A DNA stretch of 64,000 nucleotides from Vicugna vicugna (Eukaryota). This document shows, piece after piece, positions 24,141-36,013 of this stretch (its first letter is position 1; each line of letters starts with the position of its first letter). The stretch spans positions 3,969,050 to 4,033,049 of the forward strand of contig MU058781.1 in NCBI GenBank assembly GCA_013265495.1. The letters run 5' to 3'. Below the pieces are notes generated by a model, which saw nothing but the letters and a program-made list of their open reading frames with translations, made no database searches and was not told the DNA's origin. The position numbers were made by a program, and so were the translations under genes.

Positions 24141-26114
24141 CTGTTGGTCCCTGGAATAGGGTCATTGAAAAATCATACCCTAGTTATTTTTTTAAGAAGG
24201 AAACGGCGATTGAGCAGTGCTGGACAGGAGAGCTGTGCAGTGCCAGTAAACTAATCAGATACCTTGAAAGTGATATGCTTTGTTTTTCAAGTCCTTCTTA
24301 GCAGATCTCAGCACATTCTGCAGATAATTGTCATTTTCCAGCCCAGTAACTATACTTTTGCATCAATCATCCTTGTAGAACAAAAATGGATAGAGTGTTC
24401 TGAAAGTAAGGCCAGTGTGAAACACTGAAATACTTCGTGTTACAGAAGATCAGGCATCTTGTCATCTTCCCTCACACCTTTCTTGTAAAATGTTGCGGTG
24501 AAGCGGAGAGGTGGCTGTTAAGTGGGGAGTTTAAGCCTGGTGACCACAGCCAGCCTGGCTGCAGCGTCACTAGGCTGGTTTGTAAAACCACTTTGCACGG
24601 TTGTGGGCTGCGTGCTGGACAAGTGAAGCAGAGAGTCCCTTGCAGTGTGCCATTTTCACTGTCTGCCAGATCGAATCGCATCCTTGCAGGCCTTCTGCAT
24701 GTCACAATTACGGTCATAATGACTCACAATTTAAAAATCCATGTACCACTTCGTTCTCCAGCACTATGGAGCATCTCGCCACTGTCCAATTGGCACTGAT
24801 TACTCGTGATTAACAAAAGAACCCATGTAAACCATGTGTTTCTTATCATGTGCCTTTTGCCAAAAGACTCAAAGCAGACGGTGTCCAATTAGTGTTTGTA
24901 ACACTAGGGTGAATCGGGAAGAAGCAGTGTCCATTGCATTCTCTCTGTTTTAAAGGTACAGTGAGAGGGGACCGGAGGGGGCTTACTCTAGACATGCACA
25001 GGAGGTCAAAGGCAGAACCAAGAGTGGGCAGAGATGGCCCAATTCCTGTTAGCCCTTCTTCTTTCCTGTGGACTAATGCCCTCCCAACCGGGGTCCAGGA
25101 ATGGGGCCTCTGCTCATCCCTTCCTATTCGGGACCTTTTAAGGCAGAATGAATGATTGGGAAGAAATAGAAAAGTTAATGCACTATATCCATCAAATTTA
25201 GCTATTGAGACTGTGAATAGACTGTGGGTGTTGGGGGAGTATTTTGAGATATTTTGAAGCAAATAGACTTTGGTCCAGCCCTCTCCTTCCATTGGCTGTG
25301 ACCTTGGGTTAGATTCTAGCCTAAGACGGTCCTAACACAGTCCTGTGTCTGCCAGGAGTGAGACCATCCATTGAAGGGCTGCACCTGAGCTTCACGCAGA
25401 GCATCACTGGGTTCACACTCTGTTTAACCCGGCTGCAGTAGGTTTGGAGGGAGAGGATGACACTGGGTGGATGGAGTGTTTGGATGTGGTTGAAGTTCAC
25501 CACTGATAATAGTGAGTGGTTATTTACGAGGGAGACGTAGTACCATCTTGTACTGTGCTAAGAGCCCTTGCCACCTAGGTTGATGCATAACGAAAGAGGA
25601 TATATACTGTCATCTCTGGGTGACACTGCGGGGGTGAGGACAGAGATGCGTCACAAGACAAGTCCCCTTTTAGATGATTTCCAAAGGAAGGGAGAAAGGG
25701 GAAGTAAGACTGTGATTTCAGAGAACAGAGCAGACTTGAACTTTATAATATTTAGAAGAACCACAGCTGTGGCAGGTCCTGGGCTGTCCCCGGGGATTAA
25801 GGGGACTGTTGGAGAGCAGGTTAGTGGCTTGCAGCTACTTTTGAAGCTACTTCAAAAGTCCCAGGGTAGTTGCCGCACAGATATTGCTTGTTGTTAATTC
25901 CTTGTGAGCTGACTTCCTTGTATGTTGCTCATCTCCTATTCAGCAGTCATAGTTTCTGTCTCTGCCGTCTTGTGTAATAATGAGCCACAGAGCAAAGGGT
26001 CACCGAGGAGAGCAGAGAGCCTTGGGAGGGGCTAGGGTTGACGAGTGGCCTGGGCAGGTGTCTTCTGTACAGCCACCAACCCTGATGGACCCATGAAGGA
26101 GGTGATGACTGCCC

Positions 26115-26255
26115 CTCACCTGATTCTAGAGTGCCGTCTGTTGTAAGATAGATTTAAGATGTTTGGGGAGAAAAAAGAAACATCTCTACATTAAATATAG
26201 AAGCACTGAAACACTGAAATGTGAAAACAATGTGCGTGTTAGCATCAAGGAAGAA
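26115..26255. mobile_element. TcMar-Tc2 MITE relic (MER104-like)
   Basis: gattctagagtgcc...gaaatgtgaaaacaatgtgcgtgttagcatcaagga resembles the recalled consensus. Confidence 0.45.
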
Positions 26256-27981
26256 TCATACCATCCCCACTGGCACCTATACTACTGGACCTGGTTGAAT
26301 AATTTTTAGGTCAGACTATGAAAGACATAAAGTTAGTTTTCAGATGTCTTTCATATTTGCCTTTACATCATTTTGTAGATATTTCTGTGTCCCAAATGTG
26401 GGCCAAGTCCCGAGCCTGGCAATGACCATCCCAAGAGCAACACAGAACTTTTGCCAGAGGACCACTGTGAGCAAAGATGGACACAGGAATCTACAGGCGC
26501 TTTGGGGAAGTGGTGGGTAACCAGTACTCTAGAAGGGAGAATTATACAGCCGAGGACCGAGAGGTGATGCCGGAAAACAGGCTGGGAACAGGTGGTGAAG
26601 GACCTTGAAAGCCCAACCGTAAGGGCTTGAACTTGATCCTTGGGGCAGCAAGGAGTCTTTGAAAGTTTTTCAGCAAAGAGGACAACATAATGAAAAATAT
26701 GTCAGAAGGAAAGCATATTTCTTGTGGTGAAAAACAGAGCCTAATTCCTCCTAGAAGATGAGTCTCCGAGGGAGGCTTTAGGCTCCCACCAGCTAGAACT
26801 CACTCCAGGTTAACACAGTAAGACTGGAACACGTGCATGGCTTTTACCTCCCCCTCTCTCTTGGTCACTTGTTTTGTTGTCCACGCGGTCCTGAGCCGAA
26901 AGCGGCTGCCTCGGAGGGGGCTAGAGAAGTGGCTGAGATGAGAACGGTGGGTCATTGAGACTTCTGGACAATGACGAGACAGAGCAAAGTTGCTAAAATC
27001 TTTCAGCTCGGAAGAGGGTAGGGAGGAAAAAGGCCGCTGAGAGTTAAGTAGAAAAAACTGCAACCACTTGTTTTCCATAAATAAAAGGGGGAACCCAAAT
27101 CACATGAGGACTAGGTTATCTTAGTTCTGTACTTGGTTATGTCACTGCACAAAGAAGAGGAAGTTAAAAGAAGGTCTCTGTGACATAAGGAAAGTTTTTA
27201 TGTAGGCCAGGACTAAAAAGTGATTCTTTACCTAAAAAGGGCTTCCTCCATCTAAAATTGTTTCCATAAGTCCTTCCTGGCTACTCTTGGGATAACCCCA
27301 GATTTTCTACCAGCAGTCTTTAGCTCAAAACCGAGCTGGACTAAAGCGCTTCCCTAAGGCTCTTTACACCCAGAAGCGTGTTTCTGATTTTTGTTTTTGC
27401 ACTGGGGTGTCCTTGGGTAAAGTTTCTGTATGTGTCGTGTAGTTCTGGTGTGGGCTTAGGAGCCCAAGGCGGCGCAGATTACTTGACGCTTCTGTGGCAC
27501 ACTGACTCGTGTGCTGCACTTTCTTGTCCCAATTCTCCAAGAGGAGAGAGGTTCCAGAAGAGCCGGCAGTTTCCAGGATTACTGGTCCAGATGGGGAAAA
27601 CCTCTGGGAAAAGACAGATGCTAGTGGCCATAGACAGTTCATGTTTGCCGTGGACCAGACTCACTGGGTCAGTTCTGGAGAACGAAGGTTCTGAGTCTCA
27701 TCAGGCCCTGGTGTCTCCTTCCCTGCAGCCTGGGAGGCACGTGAGCCTGAGGGACAAAGCAGGACTGGCCTAGGGGCCGGGGCCGCGTGGAGACCATCTG
27801 CACTGTGCCACGTTTATTCATGCAGTAGGGCCCTGTTCAGTTAGGAATCTTTATGTCGGAAGGTTTGTGATCCGATATAATCCAATCAAAACTAGCTTAA
27901 GAGAAAGGCAGCATCTTGGTCTATATAATTGAAATAAACATTAAAAAAATCAAAATACCGTTCATACTTCAGTTATGGCTG

Positions 27982-28415
27982 GTGTTGTGGTTTAATCGTG
28001 TCCCACAGAAAGATCTGTCTCAGTCCTCACCCCTGCTGCTAGTGAGTGTGACCTTATTTGGAAATAGGGTCTTTCCAGATGTAGTCAAGTTAAAGTGAGG
28101 TCACACTTGATTAGAGTGGGCCCTGAGATGAAGACTGGTGTCCTTCTAAGAAGAGAAAACAGAGACACAGATACAGACCCACAGGGGGATGCCACGTGAA
28201 GATGGAGGCAGAGATTGGAGCGAAACGCCCACCAGCCCAGGGGTGCCAGCTTCCGGCAAGACCAGAAGCTAGGAGCAAGGCATGGAACAGATTCCGCCCC
28301 CAGAGCCTTGGGAGGGAGCATGGCCCGGCCGACCCCCTGATGTCGGACTTTTGGCCTCCAAACTAGGAGAGAATACATTTCTGTTGCTTTAAGCCACGCA
28401 GTTTGTGGTGCAGCT
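27982..28415 (+). mobile_element. MaLR MLT1A/B/C-type LTR nested in an older MLT1 relic (~27835-28800)
   Basis: gtgtgaccttatttggaaatagggtctttccagatgtagtcaagttaaagtgaggtc...ctgttgctttaagccacgcagtttgtggt. Confidence 0.85.
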
Positions 28416-29044
28416 AGATCTGGAGGTCCCTGAGTATCCTCAGGGCTTGAGGTCTTTCTGTCTCTCAACTTTCGTTTCCTCCATGTGGCAGTGACACAGG
28501 AGCCAACGACTGTAGACTTGCCTGTCCTAGCAGGATCAAGTGCAGAGGGAAGGATTGTATCTCTTCTGCCTCAACAAATGTCTGATTATACTTCAGTGGC
28601 TTTGACTGGGTCACGTGCCCATCAGAACCAGTCTCTTGGGTCACGGAGGTCAGGCCTGAGTCAAGTGTGCCTGAGTCAAGTAGTGTCCTCTAAAGGCTGT
28701 GAACTCAGAGCTCATGAGGGTGCCCCTTCCAGGTCCAGCAGCCCACAGGAAGCTTATGGAGGAAGGACGATTGATATGAACAAGGGTGGTCTAAGGTTGC
28801 CTTCACACCCCGGTTCCAAAGGGCTTTTTGCCAATTATGATGGTGCCTTAGAAAACTCAGAATGTTGTGGCTATTTTGGAGACTTTGTGGGTAGGAGAAC
28901 AATGTCTCCCTAGAACAGAGATTGGGACTTCTAGAACAGCTTTGCCGGAGAGGAGACCAGACGGATCGGCAGGAAGGAAAGGCTGAATGGGGGGGTGCGG
29001 GGGATGGAGTGGAAAGCTAACAGATACAACAGCGATTTCTGTCA

Positions 29045-29320
29045 CCAGCGTTCCTGATGATAAAGCACTATTACCTGTTTGCTCATTTGATTCTTAACAT
29101 AAGCCCATGAGCTACGTAAGGTGGTTGCAGATGAGGAAATCAGAGTCAGAGGTGAAGTGATTTCCAACAGTGACCCAGCTCACCGACAGAGAAGGACTTC
29201 CACCCACGTGGTTGTGGAGCACACAAGCCTGAGAGCTGGACAGTCCGTTGACCAAGAGCAGCCCGTGGTAGGGCTGGGGTTTGTTTCCAGATCTGTCCTG
29301 CTCCAAAGCCTACGCTCTTA
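29045..29320 (-). mobile_element. MIR SINE
   Basis: gcagatgaggaaatcagagtcagaggtgaagtgatttccaacagtgacccagct. Confidence 0.7.
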
Positions 29321-32300
29321 ATTACATTGCCTCTGCCACACTCATAACTCTGTTAACAGCCATAAATCCAACTCTATCTGTTAGACCCAGTAAATTTCAA
29401 AGTGGAAAATGATTTTTCCAATAAAACTACACTTAGGAAAAAAACGATGTTAATGCTCATACATTCTACCCTCATTATGACATCAACCTCTGAGCCAAAC
29501 TATTTTGCACGTTATAAAGAGCTGTTTTTATGATGAATGGGGATTATATTGGCACTTTAATTGAGTTAGAAACCAAGGTACATGAACGTTAGTGCATGAG
29601 AAATGCAATAAAAAAAAGCGGTTTGATGTGATTGGAATATATCAGATTAATTTAATGCCACCTTTAAATACTTAAAGTCCATTCTTTTAAATATGCTTAA
29701 TTAAATTATTGGATTAAATATTTATATGCATATATAAGTGCATACATTTCCCCTCCTCCAAAAATCTCTTTCTTTTCTTTTACTGTCCTATCACATTCTT
29801 AACAGATCTCGTTAATAAATTTGGGTTTTAAGGTAGTGAAATCAAACTTCTTTGTTGTAGTGATGGAGCTGTCATCCGTTTACAACCAAATATGCTAATC
29901 TAGGAAGTTAGAGTGTATATATTTGGATAAAATTATGCAAACTTTTAAAAGAATCTCTTTTCACAATAGGGTTTTTGACTGAACTGTTGGTTTAATTTCA
30001 GCAATATTTTGTTATTTATTTGATTTCTTTCTCTCTAGTTCAAATTTTTCCTCCATTAAAAAAAAATTTTTATTTAATTCACATGCCCTTAAAATTGGTC
30101 TTTGTGTTTGCTTGATTTAGTATTCAGGAAATTAAAGAGAATTTATTTTAATTTAGGGCTTGTGGTTTCCTTAAAGTCAGGTCTCCATCTTAGAGAAGAA
30201 ATGTGGTATTTAAATTATTTAGTCAAATTGGAGGCCTTGAGACAAGTCGAAAGTCTGAAGGCTTTCTGAAAATGAGATGTCTTATATTTTGCCCTTTTGT
30301 AATTCAATCAGAAAGACAATGTGTCAGCATAAGAGTTAATGCACAGGATGTGGATTTTAAAAACGTAATTGGGATGAGTGTTTTGAGGAATTAATTTGCC
30401 CAAATGGTGCGGTGGTCTAGCCCACAACAGTATTAGCGTTGCAAAGCGTGCGTTAAATAGTTCCCATCAGTTACACTTGGCTCTGAATGAATCCAAGGGT
30501 TCTTTTTGTGATAAATTACTATTTCCTAAAATGCTTCTGCAGAGAGGCAATGAAACACTTTTAGATTTGGAGTGTTTAAAGAGTCATTCTTGCCAGTGGT
30601 TGATTTTCAGCCAGCTCAAATGTTTATGAGAACTCATAAAATAAAGCGAAGTTGAGGATGGCCGGTTTGCTGTTATTCTGTTCCTCCCCCTAAAATTCTC
30701 CGGCTCTAGAACGGTGCTGCTTGGGCCCCGGCCTTGGCCTCACCGCTGAAGATGATGATTTGAACTGTGGCATAAAAAGCCTCTTGGTCCTGCAGGTGCC
30801 CCACTCCCAATTTAAGCACGTGCATTAGCATAAAAACTACAGTGATTTTTGTGGCCGTCCATATGGCGTCCCACGAGAAGGTGTTTCTTAACATGGCAAA
30901 AGGAAGTGGGAACAGGCGTTGTCCACACCTACAGCTTGAAGCTGGAGGGGGGGTTCTGATCTGTTTCCCTGCGCACTGTGTGATTGACAGAAGGTTCCTC
31001 TTGTCACAGTGAGTTATCAGGCACAGACAGCTGGTCGTTACTCTGGAAAGAGTTCGCAGGTGAAGCCAGCGCTCGTCTCCATTCTCAGGGTCTTTCAGGA
31101 AGACCCAAGAAGGGGCCATGGGAAGACGACCTCATGAGAGTTGAGATACTTTGCCATAATCCCACTGCTGCCTGGGGTGGTTCAGCAAGTCAGAACTCTG
31201 CAGGCTGCTTTGGGGTCCTTTGTCTTGACTTTCCCCTACGCCTTCTTGCTTTCATTCTCCTGATCTCACCCTGCCTTTGCTTTGCCACTTGAAAATAACC
31301 AGAGGCTTGCTGGAGGCTTTGCCAGAGGCCCATGGGACTCTGACCATCCCGTAAGCTACTTTTTGTTGTTGCTGCTGGTTTTTAAAATGAATTCTCTCTT
31401 GCAAATAGGCAGAAGGCCACTGCCAGCCAGTTCTGACTACCGCCACGTACTGGCTTCAGTGGTCCCCCGCAGCCAGCGTGTTGATGGGGCCATCTTTACG
31501 TAAATAAGCAAACAGTTTATATCCCCGCCAGCTCCGGGTGGGGGCCTTGATGTTGATCTTGACTTTCAGACAGGCCTTTTTGATTTGAGGGAGGGGTCAC
31601 TGGATGGGAAGGAAGACCCTCAAGGAGAAAGCAGAGGTAGATAATCTCAAGATGACTGTGACAGCCATGTTTTCATCTTTTCAAACGCAGGGGTTTCTAG
31701 CAAAACCGAGTTCCAGTGAAACCTAATAAAATCTGAGTTGAACACACTTGGAGGTGAATTGAGAAAAGAAAAAGCAGGAGGAGATAGCATCGTGGGGACT
31801 GCAGAGATTAAGCGGAGTGAACTAGTTCAAACTGGCCTTGGTGAGGCTGGGAAGGAATCTTGGAAGAGATTGGCCCTGGGTAGTACTGGGCACCTGACCC
31901 ATTGAAAGCTCTGGTAGGAGGGAGCACTTCTGCTGGGCAGCGGAGAAGCGGAGAGATGCGCGTACGTGATAAGGCTGAAATTAGTGGTTTAATTAGGCTT
32001 GAAAAGGAAAAAACTGGGCTAAATCAGTTGGATGCCCGAGATTCCTTGACCACACCTCCTTTTTTGTTTCTTTTTTTGCTTCAGTTTTGAACAGCTAAAT
32101 GCCCCCGTCTGTAGATTATTTAGGATTATTATTTAGGAAGGAACCTTTCAACACAAGAAGGACCATCAAGAAATGGGATTTATGTTTATAGACTCGGCCT
32201 GAGTAAAGCTATTAATCTCACCCGGGTGCTAGGAGTGAATGAAGCAGGCCTTCCTGCAGGAGCGATAAATCTGCCACCAGATGTCTCTGCAGCCCAGGCC

Positions 32301-33715
32301 ACGGGAATGCTAACCGGAGCCGAGGCCGTGGAAGCCGGAATCCGAGCTTCCCGCGGACCTGGTGGTGCGACCCGCACTTCTCAGATGAAGCGGAAGCCGG
32401 CGAGGGGCTGTGTCTGGGCGTGTCTGTACGTTTTCTTTCCTGCGCTGCCTCCCTGCCCGCCTTTCACTAGGTGCTCCCCTCATTCCTTGGTTAAGGATTT
32501 CCCTGTGCTGACTCCCTTTTGAAAAGTAGGGGAGGAGTCGTAGGGTGCTCCCAGAACAGACTAAACACTGGTAGGTGCTGGGGGCAAAGGTGGCGGCAGC
32601 AAAGCCTGCTGACTGCAGTGTCTTCTCCTCTGGTGGCTCTTTGGTGCTGGCACAATGCTGGGGACAGGGAAGGAATGCCACCAAATCCCGGACTCCCACC
32701 CGGCAAAGGGCTCGGGGCTGCCCTCGAGCCCTGAAAACGGGGATGGGCTTCACTGTTTGTGTAAATCGATTTTCGAAGCTTTCAAACATTTCAGTGGCGG
32801 CTCCGTGGGCAAGTTGAAAATATATCTGGGGAAAAAGAGAATTGATGGTGATCGTGGTGTGTGCCTAGTCTTGGAAGTAGGAGATGGTGGGAAGACCCCA
32901 CCAATTTAATCGCAAAGATAGTTCAGGGAAAGAAAACCAGCCAGGTTAGTTTGGCTAAATCTGGCATCTACCCCAGTCAGGCTGGTCCATCCTGGGTACA
33001 GTGACTTAAGCTGTATCTGTCTCTCCATGTGGATCTCGATGTGACCAGCAAATGACCTGACATGGGAAGTCTCTGCTCCACACGAAGGGGTGCCATGGCC
33101 AGCTGTCTCCCTGCCTCGGCAGAGAGAGTGAGTGTGGTCCATCCTGCGAGGTCGTGGGTGAGCACAGGGGCACAGTCTTGGGAGAGCAAGGGGGCTGCTC
33201 ACAGGCGGCAGTGCTGCTCTGCATCTCTGTGTTTTTTGTTGGGTTGTCTGGCAATGACCTGACCCGATCTAGGAACATTTCCCCATAAAAGGCTGGGCCA
33301 CAAAAATAAGAATCAGTTAGTGGGTGAGTTGGTATCTGACAAAAAAACAAAGAGAGCATTTAGTAGAGAACAGCCAACAACAGAGCGTGATTCAGAGAGA
33401 TTCACCCCCTTCATCACATAGTCATCAGTGACGCACCGCCGCCGCCAGCAGGAACACTCTCCCCTTCGAGTCGAGCAGAAATTGGGATACAAAGAGTCTT
33501 CAAAAGCAGATCTTCTTCCCAAAAAAGACAGCGCCTTAAAGAGTCCTCCTAGGTTGTCTCCTCCTCCCCCAAAGGTCACACACAGACACAATATCTGGTT
33601 TTAAACAGTTAGCCAAGGCTGGGTTGTATGAAAACAGCAGGTAAGACCTTGATGTGGGGCCCAGTGCTCGCAGGTTCCGTCTAGAGCGTCATGCGATGCG
33701 ATTCCTTTTTCACAG

Positions 33716-33926
33716 CTTACAGTCAGCGGTGCAGAGAGGCTGGAGGTGCCCCAGGAAGACCTGCAGTCCTATCACCGGAACAGCACTTCAGAGGCTCCCG
33801 GTGAAAGGCCATACTCCCTGAAGATCCGAAACACTACCAGCTGCAGCTCGGGGACCTACAGGTGCACCCTGGAGGATCCGGAAGGACAGAGAAACCTCAG
33901 TGGCACTGTGATCTTGAAAGTGACAG
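33716..33926 (+). CDS. CD83: CD83 coding exon 3 (rest of IgV: LTVSGAERLEVPQED...YSLKIRNTTSCSSGTYRCTLEDPEGQRNLSGTVILKVT)
   Basis: Acceptor TTTTTCACAG ending at 33715; donor CAG|GTGGGG at 33927; SGTYRC IgV F-strand motif; sequons NST, NTT and NLS. Confidence 0.97.
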
Positions 33927-34747
33927 GTGGGGTGATCACTGCATCTGTTTTTGTCTTACAGAGTGTGTGTGCGCCTCCTGTAGGCCCTAAAACTGATCTC
34001 AATCGGAGTTTAATTCGGCAGCTTTAGATCACATCTGTGGCTAAAAGCTAAATTCTGCTGCAAAGGATGTCATAAGTTTCTCTGCTCTCTTTTTTCTTTT
34101 TCTTTGTTTAAATAAGGACGGATCTATGGGGCGGTTGCCAAATGTACTCTAACAACTAAATCTGGATGTTGTTTATTTGTATAAGAGACCTTTGGAGCCA
34201 GTAGGATGTATCCAAGTCTAATTTTGGGGAGACAGAGAAACTGTATAGTCCTGAATATATCGGATAACTGTGTCTTATTCCACTCAGCTTTCTCACTATG
34301 CTGAAGGGAGCGGCTCCATGTTTCCACCTTTTTAGCATGAGAACCACACTTCCTTTCCACTTTACAGTGATCGAGTTCCCCAAACCTCAACTCAGGCCAA
34401 AGAAAAAGGGCACAGGGAGAAGATAATGTTCCTGGGACAGGATGCACATTTTTGCTCTATGTAGTCAGACCAAGAATTGAGTGTCAAGACAAGGATTATC
34501 TCCTTGGATTTTTTTCCATAACGTTTCTTTATGTAGCTTAAAATCCGCCTTGCCTTGGGCTTCTGCCCAACTCTCGTTAGTGGCTAAGGCTGGAAATGAC
34601 AGACGTGTTGTTACAGAGTCCCTGACTTTGTACGATAGCTACTTTCTCCTTCCACGAAATAGCTGACAGGAGTCAAGATAATAGTCCTGCACTGACAAGA
34701 ACACAGTTGCTAGTGAGGGGTCAGTGTTTGGATTGGGTTCACTGTTA

Positions 34748-34770
34748 CACACACACACACACACATACAC
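34748..34770. repeat. (CA)n microsatellite, intron 3
   Basis: Directly visible. Confidence 0.9.
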
Positions 34771-35084
34771 CCGTTCCAGGCTCTCGCCCTTTATGCTGCT
34801 CTGTTTGTCTTGCTCTGTGGCACTTACCACACCTGACGCGATCCACTCCCTGCTTTGTTCTCTGCTGTCTCCTGGCACACAGTAGGCCCTCAATGAATTT
34901 TATTCACTCGAATAAGAAATGAGAACCACCTGGCAGGAAGAGCAGGGAGGGCCGGCATGTCCTGCAGGGAACAGAGAGGAAATGAACAGAAAACACCTGC
35001 TTGGCTTTCTTCTCCTCTTGGAAGGCAGTGTTGCCTGCAAGTTAACTGGTCCTACTAGGGTCGCTTGGATCTGGTTCAGATAGC

Positions 35085-35275
35085 AGCTCAGCTGCTCATT
35101 AATGTGTGACCTTGGGCAAATCTCTGATTGACTCTCAGCCTCAGTTTTCCCATCTCTAAAATGGGGATGATAAGGTTTACAGCACAGGCCTGTTGTGGAG
35201 GTGGAATGAGATATTGCACTGAAATGCTCAGGACAGAGTGCTCGATAAATGTGAGCACCATTAGGACAGCGGCTG
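35085..35275 (+). mobile_element. MIR SINE (intron 3)
   Basis: tgtgtgaccttgggcaaatctct...cctcagttttcccatctctaaaatggggatgataa. Confidence 0.85.
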
Positions 35276-35906
35276 TCAGCCTTTCTCTTCTGAGGTCACA
35301 GACATCCATGAGAATCCATCCCTAGACCATTGCACAAAATTTTGAATCCAGTTTCAGGGCCAACAGCTCTCTGGAGGCCCATCTGTGGCCCTGGGGATGG
35401 AATCCTCTTTGATCAAATGCACGCCGTCTGCTCCCACCTGGGGCCCTTGTTACCCCAACGCACACGTTGGGTGTCGTGCCTGAGTGGGGAGAGGCTGTCC
35501 CTGTGATGTCTCACCCTGGGCTGAGGGCCTCGCTCCTCCCGCACTTGCCCTTTCTAGCGCTGTGGCCGCAGCCTTTAATGACCCCACAGGGAGCTGTTCC
35601 AAAGCGCCCCCTTTTCTGCTGGCCTTGTTGGAGGAACCTTCATGATTTTCCAAAGATGTCCCTTTATTCAGTAATAGCAGGGTGCCCTTTGCACGCAGCC
35701 GGGCCCAGAGCAAGAGTGAGCGCCGGCTGCTGCCACCATCACTGCTGTCAGCGCCGTGCCCAGCGGCACACGTGTGAGGGTGGGAATGGGAGACGAGGGG
35801 GCCTTAAAAGAGCCAGAACCAAGCATTCTTAGCTTTTTAGAAAAAATTATGGTAGAAAAGTCCTGTTAAATGGCTTCCTTCATATTTTACTTATTTCTTT
35901 TTAAAG

Positions 35907-36013
35907 GATGCTCTCAGGGACGCAGAGAAGAGACTTTTAAGAAATACAGAGCTGAGATTGTACTGCTGTTGACTCTGGTCATTTTCTACTTAACACTCAT
36001 CATTTTCACTTGC
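35907..36013 (+). CDS. CD83: CD83 coding exon 4 (stalk and transmembrane helix)
   Basis: Acceptor TTTCTTTTTAAAG ending at 35906; encodes GCSQGRREETFKKYRAEIVLLLTLVIFYLTLIIFTC; donor GTGAGT at 36014. Missed by the ORF track. Confidence 0.97.
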
